A stretch of 64,000 nt of DNA from Octopus sinensis (Eukaryota), in NCBI RefSeq assembly GCF_006345805.1, contig NW_021837032.1, positions 5,171 to 69,170 on the forward strand. The letters are read 5' to 3'. Position numbers and translations under genes: made by a program. The notes under the pieces are model-generated. The model was not told where the DNA came from, made no database searches, and worked only from the letters and a program-made list of their open reading frames with translations. Shown here one piece after another: positions 55,596-64,000 of this stretch (position 1 is its first letter; each line of letters opens with the position of its first letter).

Positions 55596-56046
55596 GATAA
55601 AGTAACAACAACGTTTATTCATATTGGAAGTATTAACTCAAACATGTTTACAATATCCGCAGTTTTACTGGAAGGTCACTGTTTGACATGAGGTGCTTGT
55701 GCACTCGACTCTTTCAAAAGCCTGGCAATTACGTTGATTGAAGCCGTTCCAAGAATATCTTCCGGAAGTTAGTAATGTGTATAAATAGCCGAGTGCAGAA
55801 AGCTCAGTGTTATGTGTAGGAAGGACATAGCCAGAATATATATATATATATAAATCATGAAGTACGTAAATACGGGCGTGGGCATTAGCCGTGCAGTTAA
55901 GAAGCACGCTTTGCAAACAGAAGCATTCGGGGTTCAGTCCCGATGCGAGGCACTTTGGGCAGATGTCTTTTATTTATAGCCCCGGGCCGACTCGATACCT
56001 TACGAGTGAATTTGGTAGAGAGAAACTGTGTGGAGGCCCGTCGTTT

Positions 56047-56080
<34 letters not shown>

Positions 56081-56433
56081 TCACGCACACACACACACAC
56101 ATTCACGCACACACACACACACACACATTCACGCACACACACACACACATTCACGCACACACACACACACACACACACACATTCACGCACACACACACAC
56201 ACACATTCACTCACACACACACATTCACGCACACACCACACACATTCACGCACACACACACACACACACACACACATTCACGCCACACACACACACACAT
56301 TCACTCACACACACACACATTCACGCACACACACACACACATTCACTCACACACACACACATTCACTCTCACACACACGCACATTCACGCACACACACAC
56401 ATTCACACACACACACACACCATACACACACGC

Positions 56434-56632
56434 ACGAGAGGGTGCTGAAAAGTTCCTGGCTTTCGGTAAAAGAAAATACAAGAGGATCGGTTAATTATGA
56501 TTTCATTTAACATATTTATTGCCGCGGTCCTTCAGTTTTTCTAAGCCCAGTCAAAGAACCCGGAAGGTCGAGCCTCCAACCAGACCTTCCGCGACACCCT
56601 TAAAACCAGGAACTTTCAGTACCCATTCGAGT

Positions 56633-56633
<1 letters not shown>
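56434..56633. mobile_element. ~200-bp mariner-type MITE
   Basis: TIRs acgagagggtgctgaaaagttcctgg and ccaggaactttcagtacccattcg. Confidence 0.6.
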
Positions 56634-56675
<42 letters not shown>

Positions 56676-56866
56676 TTACTGTTGTTGTTGTTGTTGTTGT
56701 TATTGTTGCCGTTTTATTTTGCTAAAAGCCTCTTCTTGTTGCTGCCTGCAACTGTTTCTTTGTTATTATTGATATTGTTCCCGTTGCTGTTGTTTTGGCG
56801 GCAGTGATGGTGGTGGTAGTGGTGGTGGTGGTGGTGGTGGTGGTGATGGTGGTGGTGGGGGTGGTA

Positions 56867-56897
<31 letters not shown>

Positions 56898-56899
56898 TT

Positions 56900-57200
56900 G
56901 TGCTGTTGTTTTTTCAACGGGGGTTTGTTGACAACAAACTTCTCTTATACCAGATGTAGGATTCAGTCACGTGACATAAACAACAACACAAGCGCGGAGG
57001 TAAGATTTAAAATTAAAAAAAAACAAAAGACAAACAAAAACAAAAACAAATAAAAATAAAAAAAAACACGCCGTAAGGACACGTTGATGACGTCACAAAC
57101 AAACTAAACAGTTTTGGGAGAAGCGGGGCAAATTTTTCGACGATGTGGGGGCGGAGCAACCAAAACGGTAAAAGCGGCGGAATGGCAAAATGGCGGAGTT
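56900..57200. promoter_or_regulatory. CpG-rich promoter-like segment with a plus-strand splice donor
   Basis: GTCACGTGAC at 56966-56975, GAG|GTAAGA donor at 57000, TGACGTCA at 57088-57095, GGGGCGG at ~57148 and AAAATGGCGG at 57187-57196. Confidence 0.4.
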
Positions 57201-57419
57201 AATAAATCAACATAACAACAGCAACATAACGAAGAATGAGGGCAGCACCGTGTCAAGAACTGTGACATCATCAGAATCAACAACATTAGCGAAGAACATC
57301 AACAATCTCTTATGTACTATTGTTTGATATAGCGCAGTGGTTACGTCAGGAATTCTCTTTGGATATATATAAACATGATCTGTTAGAGCTGGCCTATGGC
57401 TAAATAACAACATACCAAT

Positions 57420-57650
57420 AGCTATTTCTTTATTACCCACAAGGGGCTAAACACAGAGGGGACAAACAAGGACAGACATAGGTATTAAGTCGATTACATC
57501 GATCCCAGTGTGTAACTGGTACTTAATTTATCGACCCCGAAAGGATGAAAGGCAAAGTCGACCTCGGCGGAATTTGAACTCAGAACGCAGCGGTGGACGA
57601 AATACCGCTAAGCATTTCGCCCGGCGTGCTAACGTTTCTGCCAGCTCGCC
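57420..57650 (-). mobile_element. SINE family A, near-consensus
   Basis: Consensus match. Confidence 0.88.
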
Positions 57651-57664
57651 GATCAACAACAACA

Positions 57665-58600
57665 GCGGCGGAGGCGCAATGGCCCAGTGGTTAGGGCAGC
57701 GGACTCGCGGTCGTAAGAACGCGGTTTCGATTCCCAGACCGGGCATTGTGAGTGTTGTATAACCACATACCAACAACATAAATCATTATCAACAACAATA
57801 ACAACAGCAACGAAGGCGGCAGCATCAACAACAGCGACGGAGGCGCAATGGCCCAATGGTTAGGGCACAGGACTCGCGGTCGTAAGAACGCGGTTTCGAT
57901 TCCCAGACCGGGCGTTGTGTGTGTTTATTGAGCGAAAACACCTAAAGCTCCACGATGCTCCGGCAGGGGGGGGGCACCCCTGTTGTACTCTTTCACTCCA
58001 ACTTTCTCTCACTCTTTCTTCCTGTTTCTTGTCCCCGACTTCCTACGCAACCGCTGAGGCTGGATGCGCATTCATCCATCCGTCGATGCTCTCGGTGTCG
58101 GGGGATTGACCTGCTTTCTCTTCTGCGGGTCTTACGAATAGCAAAGGACCACGTTTTAGACTTCTCCCACTACAGACAATCCTGAGGCGCGATCTTGCGA
58201 GCACTGAGACGAAGACCGCTTCGCTCAACAAACAAACAAAGCATCAACAATAACAGCGGCGGAGGCGCAATGGCTCAGTGGTTAGGGCAACGGACTCACG
58301 GTCGTAAGAACGCAGTTTCGATTCCCAGACCGGGCATTGTGAGTGTTTATTGAGCGAAAACACCTAAAGTCCCACGAGGCTGGGGGGGAGGGGGTGAACC
58401 CCGCTGTACTCTTTTACCACAACTTTCTCTCACTCTTTCTTCCTTCTTCTGCCACAAAGCAGAAGAACCATGCTGTAACCCACAAAAGTGTGGTAAACTT
58501 TCAGACCCTAGTCTAGATTGCGAATCCTCTTTAACCCCATGATGGTTCAGCTCTCCACCCGTTAAAAGCCAACGTTTACGGAATGAGGATAACAACGTAG
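57665..58600 (+). mobile_element. Tandem cluster of three SINE-C heads/copies with tails type 4 and 5
   Basis: ggaggcgcaatgg heads at ~57670, 57840 and 58260, separated by (AAC)-rich linkers. Confidence 0.82.
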
Positions 58601-59169
58601 CTTTCGCGCCCATTTCGTGAACACGAAATGTGTTTGTGAAGAGACAAGAGTACAGCCTAATATATTGTCCCTCAGTATATAACTGGTATTTTGTTATATC
58701 TACTCTAATCGGAAGGATAAAATGGTAAAACTGATCTCGTTGAGATTTGAACTAAATACTTCTAGGGCTTTTTTTTTTTTGCTTCCGGGCCCTAATGGAC
58801 CAAATATTTTCTGAAAGGCGAAAAGAAGGGAATCGATTTCATGGACTCCAGTATGTTAAAGTACTTATTGCATTTATATTTTGAATTAATACAAGGGGTG
58901 GAGGAGCTAGCAGAATCGTTAGCACGCCGGACGAAACGCTTAGCGATATTTCGCCTGTCTTTATGCTCTGAGTTCAAATTCCGCCGAGGTCGACTTTGCC
59001 TTTCATCCTTTCGGGATCGATAAATTAAGTAGCAGTTGCGTACTGGGATCGATCTAATTGATATCCCCCTCCCCCAAATTTCAGGCCTTGTGCCTATAAT
59101 AGAAAAGATTATTTTGAATTAATGTGAAGGCAGTAAGTTGGCAGAATCGTTAGCATGCTAGTGCATACA

Positions 59170-59557
59170 CACATACATACATGATGATGATGGCCGTCCA
59201 CTCGTGACAGAGGAAGACCATTGTTGACCATTAAGAACATTGTGCGCTCCAGGACTAACTTATATTTTGCATTTGCAGCTCTGTTGGTGGCTAATGAGCC
59301 CTGCTCTTGACAAGCATACACGACTGCAAACATTGCAGACCAAGTTTTCCCCATTCACTTTACGAGCCGTGCGCTTTCGCGCAGCTCGCTTAAGTTCATC
59401 ATGCTGAATACGTGCTCTCTCAAAAGTGTGGTCCCCTCCTTAACCTGCTTCCTCCATCTGTAGCGATGACAGGCATTGTTCTTCTAGCTAGTGTCCTGCA
59501 TATGACAGGCCTTTAATGAGGACTTGACACAGTCCTTAAATCGCAGCCTTGGTTTCT
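59170..59557 (-). mobile_element. 3' end of an RTE-type LINE
   Basis: QKPRLRFKDCVKSSLKACHM and HRYRWRKQVKE, ending in a (CAT)n tail. Confidence 0.65.
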
Positions 59558-59958
59558 GCATACATACATACATACATGCATGCATGCATGCATACATACG
59601 TACATACATGATACATACATACATAATACATGCATGCATGCATGCATACATGCATGCATAAATACATGCATGTATGCATGCATACATACATACATACAAA
59701 CATGCATACATACATACATACATGCATACATACATGCATACATACATACATACATACATACATACATACATACATACATACATACATACATGCATGCATG
59801 CATACATACATACTTAGTGGTTCGGCAAAAGAGACCGATAGAATAAGTACTGGGCTTACAAAAGAATAAGTCCCGGGGGTCGAGTTGCTCGATTAAAGGC
59901 AGTGCTCCAGCATGGCCGCAGTCAAATGACTGAAACAAGTAAAAGAGTAAAAGAGTAT
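59558..59958 (+). mobile_element. SINE-B 3' half with expanded (CATA/CATG)n
   Basis: Microsatellite followed by acttagtggttcggcaaaagagaccgatag...gagtaaaagag. Confidence 0.8.
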
Positions 59959-60211
59959 TACTGTTAGAGGAAGGGGAGATCAGCAGCAGTTGCCCAAACA
60001 TGCAAGTCTTCCTCTCCACGTTCTGGATGTTTATCACGGGAATGGCAGAGCACACAAACCTTGGCACCGGTGTTCGTCCCCGGCATTGCGCCAGAATGCA
60101 AAGACGTGAAGAAAATACCAAACAGACGCCTCATCCAATGTTCTAACAATTACGCCCCGCCATTTCCGCCCAAGTCTGATACTTTATTTATCGACCCCAT
60201 ATATATATAGG

Positions 60212-60279
<68 letters not shown>

Positions 60280-60490
60280 AAAGATCTATACATACAAAGA
60301 TGCATGTATACAAACATATGTGGATTCATTCATACGTATATACATATATGCATACATGCACAGAGACACATTCATTCATAAATATACATACACTAAACAC
60401 CGACATACGTACATATCCATAGAAACATGTATAACTATATAACGCAGCCACATGTATGTATCTAATATATATATACACATATATATATAT

Positions 60491-60535
<45 letters not shown>

Positions 60536-60550
60536 TATATATATATATAC

Positions 60551-60598
<48 letters not shown>

Positions 60599-61254
60599 TA
60601 TATCACACATGCACACATGACAATACATACCATACATACATACATACATACGTACGTAGGTATACAGGTGTGTAGATTATCAGGTGCAGATTAGCAGGAT
60701 GTAAGAAAAACACTACGTCATTCAAAGAAAGGCAACGGGAGAGAAAACGTGTTTGCGCACGCGCTCGTGTGTGTGTGTGTGTGTACGTGCGCGCGCATGT
60801 CCGTGAGAGAGAGTGTGAAAGAGAGAGAGAGAGAGAGAGAAAGGAAAGAAAGAACGAGTTTGTGGGCCTGTACGTATGTGTAAGAGTGTAAGAGAGAGCG
60901 TGAAAGAGAGGTTGTGTAGAGGTGAGGAATGAGAAATGGAGGGGAAGAAATAGCGGGTTTGTGTAGGTCTGTGTCGATCTGTGAGAGAGAGAGAGAGAGA
61001 GAGAGAGATGCGTATACGTAGAAAAAAAAGAGTGGAGAGAGAGAGAGAGAGAGAGGGAATGAGAGAAAGTGAGAGGGAGAAGGGTGGAATGCAACAAGTT
61101 ATTTTCAGCCGATATTTCGTTAAAACAAAGTTGCTGTCAGCCAACTTAACTACCGACAACAGTATAAACCGTTATACCGTTAATCTGGAATTCTGCTATA
61201 ACCATTATAACATTATTCTCTCACATCAGCTGTTTTGCTGAAGGCAAATTAAGG

Positions 61255-61672
61255 ATCTTTTCGGTTTGAACGGTAGTTTTTTCTAGCGGTGTCATATGAA
61301 ATTGTCACCCATAATTATGACCCTAGTATCGATCTATTGCATTTCAATCTGTTTTAGGTTTAGGGTTAGGGGTGGGGGAAGGGTATCTTTTTTTCTTCAC
61401 AAATGTAAATAAACCCAATCTGTTTCTTAAACGAGGGACATATTCATACGGCACAGAATGTATTTTACCTCAGTGGACGTCATTGATTGGTTGAAATTGC
61501 AGAAATTGAATTGAAAAAAAACCCAACAAATATCTTACAAACCATAGAATTTTCTCAATAAAGCCAAGAGAAAAAGATGTTTTATAAATACATTCTACCA
61601 GTATACGAAGTTTAAAAGTGTTTAGTTACTTAGAAATTATGTTAAAAACTGCCGTTCAAACCGAAAAGATCA
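61255..61672 (+). mobile_element. MITE with TIR gatcttttcggtttgaacgg and internal TTAGGG repeats
   Basis: gatcttttcggtttgaacggtagtttt at the 5' end, aaaactgccgttcaaaccgaaaagatc at the 3' end, and ttaggtttagggttaggg at ~61354-61372. Confidence 0.8.
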
Positions 61673-61789
61673 GGGATATATAGTAGGGAACATATAATAA
61701 GGTAAGTGTGTGTGCGCATGTGTGTGTGGGCTCATGTGTGTGTGTGCGCATGTGTGCGTGTTTGTGTGTGTGTGCGTGTGTGTATACAT

Positions 61790-62205
61790 ACTCTTTACTC
61801 TCTTTCATTCTTTTACTTGTTTCAGGCATTTGACTGCGGCCATGCTGGAGCACCGCCTTTAGTCGAGCAAATCGACCCCCAAGACTTATTTTTCTAAGCC
61901 AGTACTTATACTATCGGACGATTTTGGCTGAACTGCTTAGTTCATAGACGTAAACAAAACCAGCATCGGGTTTTCAAGCGATGCTGAGAGGGAGAAACAC
62001 AGAACACACAAACATATACACACAACACACATACCCATTATACATATATACACGGGCTTCTTCAGTTCTGTCTACCAAATCCACTCACAAGGCTTTGGTC
62101 GGCCCGGGCTATTGCAGAAGGACACTTGGCCCAAGGTGCCACCGCAGTGGACCGAACCCGAACCATTGGTTTCATAAGCAAGCTACTTACACACAGCCAC
62201 TCCTA
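61790..62205 (-). mobile_element. SINE family B
   Basis: Consensus match. Confidence 0.8.
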
Positions 62206-62717
62206 TCTGCCTATGTTTTGTATGTACGGTCGTACGTATGTATGTATGTATGGAATATATGTATGTATGTATGTATGTAATGTATGTATGGAATGTATGT
62301 ATGTATGTATGTAGTATGTATGTATGTATGGCATGTATGTATGTATAGGTGTGTACTTGTGGTGTGTGTTGTGTTGCAACATAATTTCTTGCGCCATCTA
62401 TTTCTGTATCTTTCGTTGGCCGAAGATTCGAACAGGAATCCAACAAAACAAAAACGCTCCTCTCTTCCTATCTTTGATGTGAAATAAACAGATTGCTCCG
62501 GGCTTGGCCTTTGTCAGATGTTTTGGCTTTTCATATACATACACACACACACACACACACACATACTCTCATAGACATACACATATACCAGTGTGTGTAT
62601 GAGTGTTATTATTTTACTTTCCTAACCTGGAATGGGTCCTCTCTGTCTATGTCTAGCGTTCAGTCATACCTGTTCCTCCTGCATGTATGAGTGTATAACT
62701 TTATGTATATATATATA

Positions 62718-63150
62718 TAGGCGCAGGAGTGGCTGTGTGGTAAGTAGCTTGCTAACCAACCACATGGTTCCGGGTTCAGTCCCACTGCGTGGCATCTTCG
62801 GCAAGTGGCTTCTGCTATAGCCCCGGGCCGACCGATGCCTTGTGATTGGATTTGGTAGACGGAAACTGAAAGAAGCCTGTCGTATATATGTATATATATG
62901 TATATATATATATATGTATGTGTGTTTGTTTGTGTGTCTGTGTTTGTCCCCCTAGCATTGCTTGACAACCGATGCTGGTGTGTTTATGTCCCCGTTACCT
63001 AACGGTTCGGCAAAAGATACCGATAGAATAAGTACTGGGCTTACAAAAAGAATAAGTCCCGGGGTCGAGTTGCTCGATTAAAGGCGGTGCTCCAGCATGA
63101 CCGCAGTCAAATGACTGAAACAAGTAATAGAGTAAAAGAGTAAAAGAGTA
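62718..63150 (+). mobile_element. SINE family B
   Basis: Full consensus. Confidence 0.88.
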
Positions 63151-64000
63151 TATATATATATATGAGAATATTGTAGTGCGCTTGAATATTGTCAATATCA
63201 TTCAAGATTTCTTGTAGTTACTTCCCTTATTTGTCTGATGAATTTTTTTTCTTTTGATTATAATGAATTCTATGAGGTTTTACTTCCTAATCGCGTGGAT
63301 AATCTTAGATGATGTTTGGCGGGGTACCTTTTATTGTTACAATCGACTACATTAGATACGAAAGACCCCTACCATATCAACCTCAGTGTTTGTTCTCACC
63401 GTGCAATTAAGAGGGTTTCGTTTTCACAGCCTGCCGTAAGAACTTAGTCACGTGGTCTGTTGGGTGGGATATTTTAGTAAATGCCATAGCAACGGCCGGA
63501 CTAGGAGACTTCTTTGGTTAGAAACCAAATACCCAAACAAACAAAATAAAAAGGGGTTGGAAGTGTGAAATGAAGGAGTGAATACACACACACACACTCA
63601 CTCACACACCTGAACACACAGGTGCAAAAACAAGATGGAGTAAACAGCACTCAAATACCAAAGGTGGAGTAAAATCTGCTTTAGTTGTTTATTGAAGCTG
63701 AAAAACTTCAGAATCTGTTTACTCGGAGTTTCGCGAAACCGATCGATATATATATATATAGATATACAAACCTGGGCACTAAACCGTTAATCTGTTAATT
63801 GTTAATTAACGAAGTTGGCATTTTCGTTAACAATTTGACTTTTAAGTTACCCTTGGAAATCATTATCGGACTAATTAACTTCCGTTAACTCAAGTCAAGT
63901 TGATTTTATAGTTTTTTTTATATATATTTTATAGTTTGGTACTGGTACTTTTTTAAAGGTGGTTTTAGGTGGTTTTAGAGCAAAATTTGATTTTTTTAAT

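Noticed and set aside
56954-56999. 46-nt internal coding exon (CAG|...|GTAAGA)
   Set aside because: Joining to the phase-1 donor at 52748 gives a stop (DVGFSHVT*), so it was treated as a possible non-coding exon only.

Overview
AT-rich, intron- and repeat-dominated animal genomic DNA. The SINE types and the TA/GATA/CATA/TAA microsatellite load look cephalopod, probably Octopus; this is inferred from repeat content only. One protein-coding gene can be reconstructed, on the minus strand. Its three coding exons are 22365-22178, 11686-10546 and 8085-7660. All junctions are canonical GT-AG with matching phases, giving 1755 nt and 584 aa. The protein has a Ser-rich N-terminus, a USP4/11/15-type DUSP-UBL tandem, a long coiled coil and a C-terminal KCTD7/14-like BTB domain, with no USP catalytic domain. 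This fusion of a deubiquitinase targeting module to a Cullin3-adaptor-type domain is the most unusual item in the window. The rest is mobile DNA. There are three tRNA-derived SINE families: one forming concatemers with a fixed junction, one with an internal microsatellite slot, and one with at least five interchangeable tails. Non-LTR retrotransposons sit inside specific microsatellites: R4/Dong-like in (TAA)n, a second REL element in (CATA)n, and Tx1-like in (GATA/GACA)n. Also present are short repeats carrying hammerhead-ribozyme folds beside (TA)n arrays, decayed Penelope, RTE, mariner and Tc1 copies, a non-autonomous Helitron, and MITEs (one carrying TTAGGG repeats). Two CpG- and motif-rich promoter-like segments lie near 52.6 and 57.1 kb. 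Almost all other ORFs in the track are microsatellite or SINE artefacts. No CRISPR array, rRNA gene or true tRNA gene was found.
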